Assembly (NCBI GenBank): GCA_027624915.1
Contig: JAQBTR010000004.1
Location: 1-49,274, forward strand
Origin: a bacterium
GTDB lineage: Bacteria; Patescibacteriota; Minisyncoccia; Ryanbacterales; GWA2-47-10b
DNA: 49,274 nt
Direction: 5' to 3'
Part shown: one piece after another, positions 18,410 to 27,608 of the stretch
Layout: every line of letters begins with the position of its first letter
Position numbering within the stretch: the stretch's first letter is position 1
Notes under the pieces: generated by a model
The model's input: the letters and a program-made list of their open reading frames with translations, nothing else
The model's database searches: none
What the model was told of the DNA's origin: nothing
Program-made: the position numbers and the translations under genes

Positions 18410-18883
18410 ATGCGAAGATTGCTTTTAGCAGCTACACTCATGCTATGCGTTCCACATGTCGCACGCGCAACACATTTGGGACCCGTCATTTTTGGAATCG
18501 AACGACATGAAGCGGCACTCGTGTGCAAGACCTTGTATGGCGCTACATTTATTGCCAAGCACGAAGAAGCTTCAATAAAAGCTGGCGAGACATTTGTTCA
18601 ATATCAAAACAGTATTCGAAACAGTGAATTTAAGCCAGACTGTAGATACCTCACTGTTCGACACCTTCCGAGAGAAACCATGTATCAATGGAGGGGTAGA
18701 TATGTTGTGGAAAATGACTTAAAAGATGAAAATCGAACAGATTTTCCGGCAATGACATTTAGCATTATACGTTCAGATGCATTTAAAAATAGTGGCGACT
18801 TTCTTGAAGTCTTTATTATCCTACCAGATGAAGCCCCCGCCCCATGTACACATTCTGAAGTTCTTCTGGAAAAAACCATCTAA
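18410..18883 (+). CDS. Secreted hypothetical protein
   Basis: Signal peptide MRRLLLAATLMLCVPHVARA; AAGGAG upstream. Confidence 0.6.
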   Translation: MRRLLLAATLMLCVPHVARATHLGPVIFGIERHEAALVCKTLYGATFIAKHEEASIKAGETFVQYQNSIRNSEFKPDCRYLTVRHLPRETMYQWRGRYVVENDLKDENRTDFPAMTFSIIRSDAFKNSGDFLEVFIILPDEAPAPCTHSEVLLEKTI

Positions 18884-18900
18884 CCTCCGCCTGGGAGGTT
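18882..18900. terminator. Hairpin between convergent genes
   Basis: AACCTCC-GCCTG-GGAGGTT. Confidence 0.55.
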
Positions 18901-18948
18901 ATTTTACTATGCGCTTTTTGTCTTAATTATAAGCGCTGAGGACTATAG

Positions 18949-19524
18949 TTATTCAAACCTCACTGGAATCTCAAGCGCATCATCATTCTCTGGTAGGCCG
19001 GAAGGATTATCTCTTTGCAAAATCAGTGTCCCTCTACGCATAAAATCTGGGTCGCCATCCTTGTATGGAGATTCAAATGCAATTACCGATTCATAAGGAA
19101 CAAAACTTTCTGTCATCCATTCCCCCTGTGCTGTCCCATAATGCTGCGCGATTATTTTGCCGTCCCAGTCAGTCAACACAACGGGGAAACTTGCCTCAAA
19201 AAACCACAGTCCACGTGCCTTACCAGTTATAGTAAGTGGACTTTTGATTACGTCATTTGAGTGTGGCATATCAATCATAATGAGATCACTTTTTTCGATT
19301 GTGTTGCCGATAGACTCTGTATATGTCTCGCCACTTCCATCACGGCACGTACGCGGGTAACTTTCTGCAACTGAATATCCTGCTTTAGCACAACTTGCAA
19401 AATCAGTAACCTTGGGTGGTTTTTGCCAGTACGAAGAAATACCGCGTTGACCTACAGTGTACCCAACATATACCCCTAGGATAAACGTAACTATAAGAAA
19501 GGTGAGTTTTGTTTTAATAAACAT
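18949..19524 (-). CDS. Gmad2 immunoglobulin-like domain surface protein
   Basis: TM anchor, FASCAKAG....ESYPRTC module, ITGKARGLWFFEASFPV and LILQRDNPSGLPEND. Confidence 0.8.
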   Translation of the reverse strand: MFIKTKLTFLIVTFILGVYVGYTVGQRGISSYWQKPPKVTDFASCAKAGYSVAESYPRTCRDGSGETYTESIGNTIEKSDLIMIDMPHSNDVIKSPLTITGKARGLWFFEASFPVVLTDWDGKIIAQHYGTAQGEWMTESFVPYESVIAFESPYKDGDPDFMRRGTLILQRDNPSGLPENDDALEIPVRFE

Positions 19525-19527
19525 AGA

Positions 19528-19710
19528 TTATTTTTTATCTCTTTTATGTTTTTTAGGCTTCCAATCCTCTACAATTATCTTTTTACCACGCCTCGTGAGC
19601 ACAAGTTTTTGCCGTTCGCGAATTTTAAGCTCTTTAACAATCTCTGCTGGGATATTTATCGTAAGACTCCTTTTACCCACGCGAATGACTTTTCTCACAT
19701 GTTTTTCCAT
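19528..19710 (-). CDS. AbrB/MazE/SpoVT-family DNA-binding protein
   Basis: RKVIRVGKRSLTINIPAEIVKELKI...KIIVE swapped-hairpin pattern. Confidence 0.85.
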   Translation of the reverse strand: MEKHVRKVIRVGKRSLTINIPAEIVKELKIRERQKLVLTRRGKKIIVEDWKPKKHKRDKK

Positions 19711-19720
19711 ACATACATTG

Positions 19721-19780
19721 TGCTACGTTACATGTAACGTAGCAAGTAAAACTGTGTAACGTAGCATGCTACGTTACACA
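19721..19780. promoter_or_regulatory. Two perfect palindromes built from one 12-mer (putative operator)
   Basis: TGCTACGTTACA-TGTAACGTAGCA (19721-19744) and TGTAACGTAGCA-TGCTACGTTACA (19755-19778), starting 11 bp from the AbrB-like start codon. Confidence 0.75.
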
Positions 19781-19785
19781 GAGAG

Positions 19786-19878
19786 TATTACAGAAATCTT
19801 ACTTTTTTGTTTCCGATTGACCGCACAACGCAACCTCATCGTGGCGAAGATCACAAACAAAGTAAGGTTTCTGTAATA
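19786..19878 (+). repeat. Family A structured repeat, copy 2
   Basis: TTCCGATTGACCG (19811), TGGC (19842), GATC (19849), inside a closing stem of about 25 bp. Confidence 0.75.
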
Positions 19879-19887
19879 TCAAAGAGT

Positions 19888-19958
19888 GCATTAATTTTTG
19901 TTTCTGATTGAGCGCTCAAAATAACAACCCGATGGCTTTGATCGCAAAGAAATAAAGC
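19888..19958 (+). repeat. Family A structured repeat, copy 3
   Basis: TTCTGATTGAGCG (19902), TGGC (19933), GATC (19940). Confidence 0.75.
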
Positions 19959-19979
19959 AGTATTTTGCCACTGGAAAGC

Positions 19980-20008
19980 TTGACAATTAATAATTTTCAT
20001 GATATGAT
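19980..20008 (+). promoter_or_regulatory. Sigma70-type promoter
   Basis: TTGACA-17 bp-TATGAT upstream of the 20081 gene. Confidence 0.75.
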
Positions 20009-20080
20009 GCTCGACAGAACTTCCGTAAGACCTCGCCAAATTGGCAGGCTGGAACAAGAACATATAGAGGAGATGACTTA

Positions 20081-20848
20081 ATGAACCGACGAACCTTGAT
20101 TTGGAGAGTTGGAGGCTTCGGCCTCCTACTGATGATTGCGGTAGGCCTATTTGCCTACCAGGACTGGACGGAAGAACCCCCCGTCGACGTCGTTCGCGGC
20201 GTACCTCCGGTCTCACGAGCCCTGCAACACGTCTCCTATGCCGTCGACGACATGGCTGACATGTCGGAAGCGGAACGCGGAAAGTACCTCGAAACGAACT
20301 TCCCTCATCTGCCACAAGACGTCGTCTACTATCTGCGGGACCTCGGCAAGATCCACCCGAGTCGAGAGATCACCCGGGTCGAATTCCGCTATGGAAGCCT
20401 TGGGGACATCATGGCTGAGTCCGGCGACGACATCGAGAGGGTAAACGGCTACTTCGAGAACCAGCTCATTGCCATCGTCTACGTGGAGCAAGGGGTCGAA
20501 CCCTACATCGTGATCGTCGAGTGTCTCAATGGCACCTTCATCACAGTGGATAGGTGGAAAACTCTTCAGGCAGTCGGCGAGCATGGCATCACCGAGTCAT
20601 TCGTTATCGGTCGCGGTGAAGGACTCACACATCACGTGAGCTACGGCACCGCCATCGATTTGGCCGAGCGCTTCGAACTGCCGCTCTACGTCGGTAACCG
20701 GATGAGGTCGGACCGCAGGATCACACCGAATGAGGCACGTCTCATCGATACCGATCACGAGCAGGTAACGGTGAAAGTGGGTGTCGGCGACTTCTTCGAC
20801 CTTCGTCGTATGGAGTACCGCAAAGCCGGTCGCCAACAACAGTCCTAG
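20081..20848 (+). CDS. GC-rich orphan protein with an N-terminal TM/signal segment
   Basis: 255-aa ORF with its own promoter, GAGGAG site and terminator; visibly more G/C-ending codons than its neighbours. Confidence 0.7.
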   Translation: MNRRTLIWRVGGFGLLLMIAVGLFAYQDWTEEPPVDVVRGVPPVSRALQHVSYAVDDMADMSEAERGKYLETNFPHLPQDVVYYLRDLGKIHPSREITRVEFRYGSLGDIMAESGDDIERVNGYFENQLIAIVYVEQGVEPYIVIVECLNGTFITVDRWKTLQAVGEHGITESFVIGRGEGLTHHVSYGTAIDLAERFELPLYVGNRMRSDRRITPNEARLIDTDHEQVTVKVGVGDFFDLRRMEYRKAGRQQQS

Positions 20849-20886
20849 CCCAAAAAGGATATCGGAGAATCCTCAACTTCTCTCCG

Positions 20887-20950
20887 AGAGCCAGGCAATG
20901 TCCTGGCTCTTTTTTTATACAAAACAAAAATCGCCCTAGGGCGATTTTTG
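20887..20950. terminator. Two adjacent intrinsic terminators between convergent genes
   Basis: AGAGCCAGG..CCTGGCTCT plus T run (20887-20916); CAAAAATCGCCC-TA-GGGCGATTTTTG (20925-20950). Confidence 0.75.
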
Positions 20951-20967
20951 TATAGTCTAGTTTTGGA

Positions 20968-21789
20968 TTACTGAATCCAAGTAACGTGTGTTACAACAAC
21001 TTGTCCATTTCCTAAGTCGCGTACATATACCGAGTTCTTGCCTTGTGCGTCTTGGCTTACAGCACGTCCCCAAGATGAGGGATTATTGTGGTTGATACTA
21101 GCACCAACATCATTCTTTTTTGGCTTGCCCTTTCCGTTTCCACCGCCACCACCGCCTCCACCATCTGTAGAGTTAAGGTGAGCATATATTGCTTCCATCT
21201 CATCAAGGTCGTGCTGGTTTAACTTGCGGTTATCAAGCTGGCCAAGGATTGTGCCATCTGGGTCGTTTGTATAATCCATACATGTACCCAAATTTGCATT
21301 ATTGAAGTTCTCGTCTTGATGGTCAAGACCAAATGTGTGACCAATCTCCTGACATGTAACTAGGTCACGCCATGCCTGACTATCGTATTCTGGTGTGTCA
21401 AAGTATGTATCGTTAAGCTTTACAACGCCCTGCGTGATGTGATTACTCTTACCTCGTGTTGCCCAAATTGAGGCAATACCGAGCCATCCATTATTTCCAT
21501 ACGATGCATTACAAACCTCAACCCGTCCACTTGTTGGGTCACAGTTTGCATTGCTATTACCTACGACAACGTCATTCTTGAGAACTGACTGGTTCCAATC
21601 AGTTGATGCTACCAGAAGACTCAAGTCCCACTCTGCTGTCGTAACATTGTCACCGAGTTTTAATGGGTTTGCTATAGTATCTGCCGTTGAGAGATTCCAA
21701 TGATACTTGCCCCATGAGTGACTAGCGCTTACCGCCCCCGCTACAAAAAGTAGTGCAAGAGAAGTCGCCAAAATTACTTTTTTATTCAT
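20968..21789 (-). CDS. Secreted metzincin-like zinc metalloprotease with a QExxHxxGxxH motif
   Basis: Signal peptide; CQEIGHTFGLDHQD followed by a Met-turn-like TCMDY. Confidence 0.75.
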   Translation of the reverse strand: MNKKVILATSLALLFVAGAVSASHSWGKYHWNLSTADTIANPLKLGDNVTTAEWDLSLLVASTDWNQSVLKNDVVVGNSNANCDPTSGRVEVCNASYGNNGWLGIASIWATRGKSNHITQGVVKLNDTYFDTPEYDSQAWRDLVTCQEIGHTFGLDHQDENFNNANLGTCMDYTNDPDGTILGQLDNRKLNQHDLDEMEAIYAHLNSTDGGGGGGGGNGKGKPKKNDVGASINHNNPSSWGRAVSQDAQGKNSVYVRDLGNGQVVVTHVTWIQ

Positions 21790-21908
21790 ATCTCTTTAAT
21801 ATAGACTAACGAGTAAATAATCCACCTATGCTATGCCAATAGAGTACCACACTTCCACAAAATAGCAAACCCTGAATAACCACCTAGGCATACCAGTAAA
21901 CTCGCATA

Positions 21909-21937
21909 TTGACTTTCATATTAAATCATGTTATATT
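21909..21937 (+). promoter_or_regulatory. Sigma70-type promoter with extended -10
   Basis: TTGACT-17 bp-(TGn)TATATT about 120 nt upstream of the helicase ATG. Confidence 0.65.
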
Positions 21938-22057
21938 CAGGTCAAGCTTTTGATACTCGTGTAGGGCTCACTGGCTCGGCAGATTGCACTGCAATCGCGT
22001 TAATTATTACTTCCTGCACCGCCCGAAACACGTAAAGCGTTTCATCTAACTAAATAT

Positions 22058-23392
22058 ATGTACAAAAAAGACAACCGACAAAGCCGGGGTAATTCCCAGC
22101 GACAATCTTCTAGTGGCACAAAACGTCACGCTACTTCGCGTCCTTCATTTAAATCAGGTCGCAGCGGTGGTACGTTTGGCAACTCTAACTATAAAGGCGG
22201 TAGCTCTTCGCGCCCACAGAGACCACACCAGAAAGGTTCCTCACGTTTAAGCCGTCCATCTGGAGGTCGTCAAGGACGCAAAATCCCAACGTTTAATCCA
22301 TCACAATTTATCAACCAAAACCCAGTTGAGGTGACTCAAGAAGTTTGTGTACCAAAGCACAAAAACTTTGAAGCTTTTGGATTGAACAAAAGTCTTAACA
22401 TAGCTCTTGAAAGAATGGGACTCAAAGTTCCATCCCCCATTCAAGATCAGATCATTCCTGAAATTATGGCCAGTAAAGATGTTGTTGGTTTGGCAGAAAC
22501 CGGAACTGGTAAGACAGCCGCTTTCTTGCTTCCACTCATTGAAAGAACTCTCAAAGGACATAACCAGCAAACGCTCATCTTGGCACCAACCCGTGAACTC
22601 GCAATCCAAATCGAAAGCGAGTTTAAGAAGATTGCAGCAGGCATGCATCTTAACTCTGTTGTATGTGTTGGAGGTGCAAACATTAACCAGCAAATCAAGT
22701 ATCTTCGTCGCAAGAATCACTTTATAATTGGTACACCAGGACGAATAATTGACTTGATGACCCGCAAAAATCTAGTACCAGCAGATATCAAAAATGTTGT
22801 ACTGGACGAAGCAGATCGTATGCTCGATATGGGATTTATCAATGATATAAAACTTATCTTGGCAGCCCTTCCACAGCAAAGAAGTACGCTATTTTTCTCA
22901 GCTACAATGCCTGCTGATGCTAAACGACTTGTTAATGACTTTCTTCGTAGCCCGGTAACTATCTCCGTTAAGAAAAAGGATGTAACTAATAGTATTGAGC
23001 AAGACGTTGTTATGTTTGAGCATTCTTCAAAATTTGAAACCCTCATGAAACTGTTTAGTGATCCCTCTCTATCTCGTGTTCTTATCTTTGGTTCTATGAA
23101 GCATAGCGTACAGAAACTAGCACGAGAACTTGGATCGCACGGTATCCCAACAGAAGCTATCCATGGTAACAAAAGCCACGGTCAGCGACAGCGAGCCTTG
23201 GCAGCATTCAAAAATGGAACAGTACGAGTACTCGTTGCAACTGATGTTGCGGCTCGAGGTATCCATGTTGATGACGTGAGTCACGTAATCAACTATGACC
23301 TACCTCAAACCTTTGAGGACTATGTACACCGCATCGGTCGTACTGGTCGCGCCGACAAACGCGGCAAAGCACTCACCTTCGTACAAAAATAA
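22058..23392 (+). CDS. DEAD-box RNA helicase with an R/G/S-rich N-terminal extension
   Basis: AETGTGKT, PTRELA, TPGR, DEAD, SAT and HRIGRTGR. Confidence 0.97.
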   Translation: MYKKDNRQSRGNSQRQSSSGTKRHATSRPSFKSGRSGGTFGNSNYKGGSSSRPQRPHQKGSSRLSRPSGGRQGRKIPTFNPSQFINQNPVEVTQEVCVPKHKNFEAFGLNKSLNIALERMGLKVPSPIQDQIIPEIMASKDVVGLAETGTGKTAAFLLPLIERTLKGHNQQTLILAPTRELAIQIESEFKKIAAGMHLNSVVCVGGANINQQIKYLRRKNHFIIGTPGRIIDLMTRKNLVPADIKNVVLDEADRMLDMGFINDIKLILAALPQQRSTLFFSATMPADAKRLVNDFLRSPVTISVKKKDVTNSIEQDVVMFEHSSKFETLMKLFSDPSLSRVLIFGSMKHSVQKLARELGSHGIPTEAIHGNKSHGQRQRALAAFKNGTVRVLVATDVAARGIHVDDVSHVINYDLPQTFEDYVHRIGRTGRADKRGKALTFVQK

Positions 23393-23398
23393 TCAAAC

Positions 23399-23432
23399 AA
23401 AAAACAGCCCCGCCTAGGCGGGGCTGTTTTTT
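23399..23432. terminator. Bidirectional intrinsic terminator
   Basis: AAAAAACAGCCCCGCC-TA-GGCGGGGCTGTTTTTT. Confidence 0.85.
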
Positions 23433-23688
23433 AATATGCTCGTGAAATCACTACCACCAAGAGGACCGAGGCGCCGAGGATTCGGCGAAATGTATTGACG
23501 CCAGAAGTGAGTTCGAGCCATGCCCATGTAAAAATTGAACCGAAGGCGACAAGCGATAAGACAGATGTCAGCTTGTCATGTATTGGAATATACAAAAGCA
23601 CACTACTTACAAACCAAACAATAAGTGGAGCGTTGGGTGTTTGAGTAATCATCGTGTTACCGTCTTTGTCTTTGAAGATGCTTTTCAT
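23431..23688 (-). CDS. Small membrane protein
   Basis: FKDKDG...ITQTPNAPL..W...WAWLELTSGVNTFRRILG; three hydrophobic helices. Confidence 0.7.
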   Translation of the reverse strand: MKSIFKDKDGNTMITQTPNAPLIVWFVSSVLLYIPIHDKLTSVLSLVAFGSIFTWAWLELTSGVNTFRRILGASVLLVVVISRAY

Positions 23689-23791
23689 TTAATAATTCTT
23701 GAAGGCCCCCTGCTATTTTTTGTTCGTGCTGACAATGTGGACATGTAAGTGTCGCGTGTTCCATACCATTATTATAGCTCAAAACTAGAGA

Positions 23792-25258
23792 TTATTTCAG
23801 TGGTCGCAATTTTTCTAAATCAAGTGTCTCATCGATGCGGATTTTTTTAACAAAATCTGGAACGTGGGAAACAAGTATCATAGTCCCCTCATACGCGTCT
23901 AATGCCTTTGCAATGATAGGCAAATGACGGAAGTTAATGTGATTGGTTGGTTCATCCAATATCAAAAGATTCGGCTTCTGCAAAACGAGTTGGGCAAATG
24001 CAACAAGTCCTTTTTGTCCTTCGGATAAGTTACCAACCTTGCTATACATAACGTCACCTGAAATTAAAAAACCAGCGGCCACACTACGCATATGCTCTTC
24101 GTCTTTCTTTGGCATAACTGACTCAAGTATCTCATATACCGTCTTATCAAAATCGAGCGTAGAAAAGTCCTGTCGGTAGTAACCAACCTGCACTCCTTCA
24201 GAAATTTTGGCACCCTTTTCTTTGCCATGCGCCAAGTTCTCAAGAAGAGTACTCTTGCCGATTCCGTTTGGTCCAGTTAAGAGTAGGCGGCGATTTTTGA
24301 GCATTGATACGTGTGCCTCGCGTTTAACTACCTTGTGGTCCTGCATTATCGAAAGTGAGTCGATAGTAATAAGTGGGCCTACGTGACGCTCTTTTACATC
24401 AATCGTAAACTTGCGAATAGTCTTATCCTCACGTCGGACGTCTATCTTAGATTCTTCGGCTTCTGCTGCACTCTCACGCATACGCTTTGCCAAGACACGC
24501 ATCTGACCTCCTTTGTTTGCAAAGAAGTTGGCTTTGTCCTTTTTTTCTTGAATGTGCTTTTCGTACTGAGCATTTTTACGTCGCTCCTTTTCTACTCGCA
24601 CCATAATCTCGCGTACCACGTCTTTGTAGTTACCAGTGTATTGCTCCATCTTTCGTGTATGAACATCCAAGTACAATACACCCTCGGTAAATGCATTTAG
24701 AAAGTCTGCGTCATGGGAGATAACAACAACCGTCTTTTTGTAATCAATCAAAAACTTAGTTAAGTGGTCAATACCAGCCTTGTCCAGGTTGTTGGTTGGC
24801 TCGTCAAGCAAGAGTAAATCTGGATTTTGGATGAGGGCTGCTGCCAAAAGCAATCGCGCTTGCTGACCACCAGAAAAATCTTTTATCTTTTTTGTTTTTG
24901 GCGCATGCAGGTTAACCGCCTCAAGCACGTCGTCTATCTTGGGATCAATATCATATACCTTCTCATCAAACTGACCTTCAAAAAATTCACGCACCGTATG
25001 TTCAAGCTCACCACGTGGGATTACCTGGCGACCAATAGCAATAGAAAGTTTGGGTGACAAATTGATATCACCGTCCTCTGGTTTCTTTTCTTTTGTAATG
25101 AGTCCAAAGAGCGTACTCTTACCAGAACCATTCTGGCCCATAAGTGCGATTTTTGCACCGCGGCGTACAGAAAAAGTAACCCCCTCAAGGATTGGCTTGT
25201 GGGCTTTGTACTCGAAGATAACATCCTCGAATCTAACTATTACTTCTTTGCTTGCCAT
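23792..25258 (-). CDS. ABC-F family ATP-binding protein
   Basis: Two ABC cassettes (GQNGSGKS/FSGGQ/LLLDEPTN and GPNGIGKS/LSEGQ/ILDEPTN) and no TM segment. Confidence 0.95.
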   Translation of the reverse strand: MASKEVIVRFEDVIFEYKAHKPILEGVTFSVRRGAKIALMGQNGSGKSTLFGLITKEKKPEDGDINLSPKLSIAIGRQVIPRGELEHTVREFFEGQFDEKVYDIDPKIDDVLEAVNLHAPKTKKIKDFSGGQQARLLLAAALIQNPDLLLLDEPTNNLDKAGIDHLTKFLIDYKKTVVVISHDADFLNAFTEGVLYLDVHTRKMEQYTGNYKDVVREIMVRVEKERRKNAQYEKHIQEKKDKANFFANKGGQMRVLAKRMRESAAEAEESKIDVRREDKTIRKFTIDVKERHVGPLITIDSLSIMQDHKVVKREAHVSMLKNRRLLLTGPNGIGKSTLLENLAHGKEKGAKISEGVQVGYYRQDFSTLDFDKTVYEILESVMPKKDEEHMRSVAAGFLISGDVMYSKVGNLSEGQKGLVAFAQLVLQKPNLLILDEPTNHINFRHLPIIAKALDAYEGTMILVSHVPDFVKKIRIDETLDLEKLRPLK

Positions 25259-25311
25259 AATTCTATGATTCTTTAATTAAAAAAGGGCGCAGGGCGCTCT
25301 TAATGTTCCCC

Positions 25312-25474
25312 GGGATTGCTTTCAAACTTGCTTTCGTTATTAAAATTCCCAAATTTTGAGCGGAGCGAAGATAAAAATTTTGAACTTAATGCCGTAGGTA
25401 TTGGTAAAAAATTTTTATCAAGCTAGAGCCAAAATTTAGGGATTTTGGTAGAAATGGAGTTTGAAAGTGATCCC
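25312..25474 (+). repeat. Family C long hairpin, copy 1
   Basis: GGGATTGCTTTCAAACT/AGTTTGAAAGTGATCCC outer stem; core TGAACTTAATGCCGTAGGTATTGGT (25381-25405). Confidence 0.75.
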
Positions 25475-25494
25475 AATATACCACAAATTCCCTG

Positions 25495-26769
25495 TTAATT
25501 CAATCCCCCAAGGCCCTCGGCAACGCTAGAACCCGCAACGTATCCAGATGACCAACAAAGCTGGAGTGAGAATCCACCCGATGGTCTACTAATATGTAGG
25601 AGGTCTCCTGTTATATATAGGTTAGAAACTTTCTTTGAGCGCATTGTTTTTGTGTCTATTTCATCAAGTGGTACGCCACCGTCAGCAACGACTGCTCTAT
25701 CAAAACCCATGAGTCCATTGATAGTAAGTGGCAATGCCTTGAGAGAGTGCGTCAAAAATTTTCGCTCCTCACGACTTACTGAATGAACGGGCTTACTCGT
25801 ATCAACGTGTCCTGCCAAAAGTATCAAAATACCTTTTGCCATACCTTCAGGTACGACTTCTTTCAAAACTGTTTTTAAATTCTTGTTTTTGTTCTTATCA
25901 AAGACTGCCGTAATTCTACGATCAAGCACTCCTAAGTCTGTGTCGGGATATGCATCAATCTTGGCGGTTACCGCGCCACTGTGTAGTAGGTCTGCTACCT
26001 TGTGTGCGAGATTCAAAATAAGTGGGCCGGACAAACCAAAGTGTGTAAACAGAATCTTTCCTTTTTCAGAAAATGCTTTCTTGCTATCAACAAAAAATGT
26101 GATTCGCATGAACGAAAGTGAGACTCCAGCCAGTTTTTTGGACCACACGTCTTCCACAGCAAGCGGAACAATGGTTGGGCTCGGTTTTCTTATTGTATGA
26201 CCGAGTTTTTTGAGCCATAAAAATCCGTCCCCTGTCGAACCCGTTTCTGGATGAGAGAGACCACCAGTTGAGACAAGATAGTTAGTGGCATAATATTTGT
26301 TTTTGCCACACGACACGCTCCTTATATCATTTTTAATCGTATCGATACCCGTCACGGGAGAATTAATCTTAACCTCAACATTACCTTTTTTCACATACTT
26401 TTCGAGAGTCTTTAATACATCAAAAGCTTTTTCAGTTTTTGGAAATGCTCGCTTGCGTGCTTGCACAACAAGTGGAAGTCCGCGCGAATCAAAAAATTCA
26501 AAGGTATCTTTTATACCAAACTTTGCAAACAAAGAGTACAAAAACTTGTTTGATTTGCTATACGCACTAAGTAGCACGTGCTCGTCTTCTTCGGCGTTTG
26601 TTATGTTACAACGTCCACCTCCTGATATCTTAAGCTTTTCTCCTAACTTTCTATTCTTCTCAAGAAGTAACACGCGTGCACCAAGTTCGGCAGCTCTGCC
26701 TGCAGCCATAAGACCAGATGCCCCACCACCTATAACTATGAGATCATATTTTGTTTCGTTGGAGTTCAA
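25495..26769 (-). CDS. HI0933/YhiN-family FAD-dependent oxidoreductase
   Basis: IGGGASGLMAA, KISGGGRCNITN, TGGLSHPETGSTGDG, LFTHFGLSGP and GGFSLQ. Confidence 0.92.
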   Translation of the reverse strand: MNSNETKYDLIVIGGGASGLMAAGRAAELGARVLLLEKNRKLGEKLKISGGGRCNITNAEEDEHVLLSAYSKSNKFLYSLFAKFGIKDTFEFFDSRGLPLVVQARKRAFPKTEKAFDVLKTLEKYVKKGNVEVKINSPVTGIDTIKNDIRSVSCGKNKYYATNYLVSTGGLSHPETGSTGDGFLWLKKLGHTIRKPSPTIVPLAVEDVWSKKLAGVSLSFMRITFFVDSKKAFSEKGKILFTHFGLSGPLILNLAHKVADLLHSGAVTAKIDAYPDTDLGVLDRRITAVFDKNKNKNLKTVLKEVVPEGMAKGILILLAGHVDTSKPVHSVSREERKFLTHSLKALPLTINGLMGFDRAVVADGGVPLDEIDTKTMRSKKVSNLYITGDLLHISRPSGGFSLQLCWSSGYVAGSSVAEGLGGLN

Positions 26770-26775
26770 TTATTT

Positions 26776-27399
26776 TTAGTTTATTAGGCCTACGAGGACC
26801 GGGTAGATTCTATCGGCGATTATCTCATACCCTTTGTCGTTTGGGTGAATACTATCATACATCAAATCAGGTGTTCCTATAAGACCATCGAGTACGTTTG
26901 GAATATAGGCCGTATCGTACTCTTTTGCGAGCTCCTTGTAGTCATCTTTGTAATTATCTTTAAGAAGTCCTCCACGAACACCCAGGAGAATCACAATGGA
27001 TCCCTTTTGTTGAGTAGACTCTATCATCATCCTTAGATTAGAAAATGTTTGTTCTTTAGAAACCTTCCGAAGATAGTCGTTCCCACCCAAAAGAATGAGT
27101 ACTAGTTTTGGATCGCTATCCAACGCCTTATCGAACCTCAAAAGACCAGAAGCTGTAGTATCCCCCGCCACTCCTAAGTTTAGGATTGGCATATCAAGCT
27201 TGCGTGATAAGACGGAAACAAAATCGTTGCCAGGGGTTGATCCGACACCCTCAACCAAGCTATCTCCAAAGGCAATTATGTCTATTCCGGAGGACGGATA
27301 GTTTTTTACATTTTTGTTGGAATTAAGGTCGTCCCCAAACAAAAAGAACGCACCAACAATAGCGAGTAACACCGCAATCAAAATTAGAAGCCGTTTCAT
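26776..27399 (-). CDS. SGNH/GDSL arylesterase (TesA-like)
   Basis: FGDSL, GVAGDTT, LGGND and DSIHPN blocks. Confidence 0.92.
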   Translation of the reverse strand: MKRLLILIAVLLAIVGAFFLFGDDLNSNKNVKNYPSSGIDIIAFGDSLVEGVGSTPGNDFVSVLSRKLDMPILNLGVAGDTTASGLLRFDKALDSDPKLVLILLGGNDYLRKVSKEQTFSNLRMMIESTQQKGSIVILLGVRGGLLKDNYKDDYKELAKEYDTAYIPNVLDGLIGTPDLMYDSIHPNDKGYEIIADRIYPVLVGLIN

Positions 27400-27496
27400 T
27401 GCTTTATTCTACCGCTTCTGAGACCCGCTTTCTATTGGCGTGTTAATCTAATCCCGCTAGGGTTAGATTAATTAATTTAAACGCGCGAGCGGTGGC

Positions 27497-27560
27497 TCGT
27501 GACTTTGTTTTCCTGCGAAGCATTGCGAGCAGATAAAACAAGAAATACTCTTGTGGTGCT
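27497..27560 (+). repeat. Family B hairpin repeat, copy 2
   Basis: 64 bp, same length as 28884-28947 with matching ends. Confidence 0.8.
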
Positions 27561-27608
27561 CAACTACCAACAAAAAAGCCCTGGTGTCGTCCCGAAGGGC
27601 GACCTTTT

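Noticed and set aside
20151-20839. Overlapping alternative-frame ORFs in the GC-rich gene
   Set aside because: These are expected from high GC content. Only 20081..20848 has a promoter, ribosome site and terminator.
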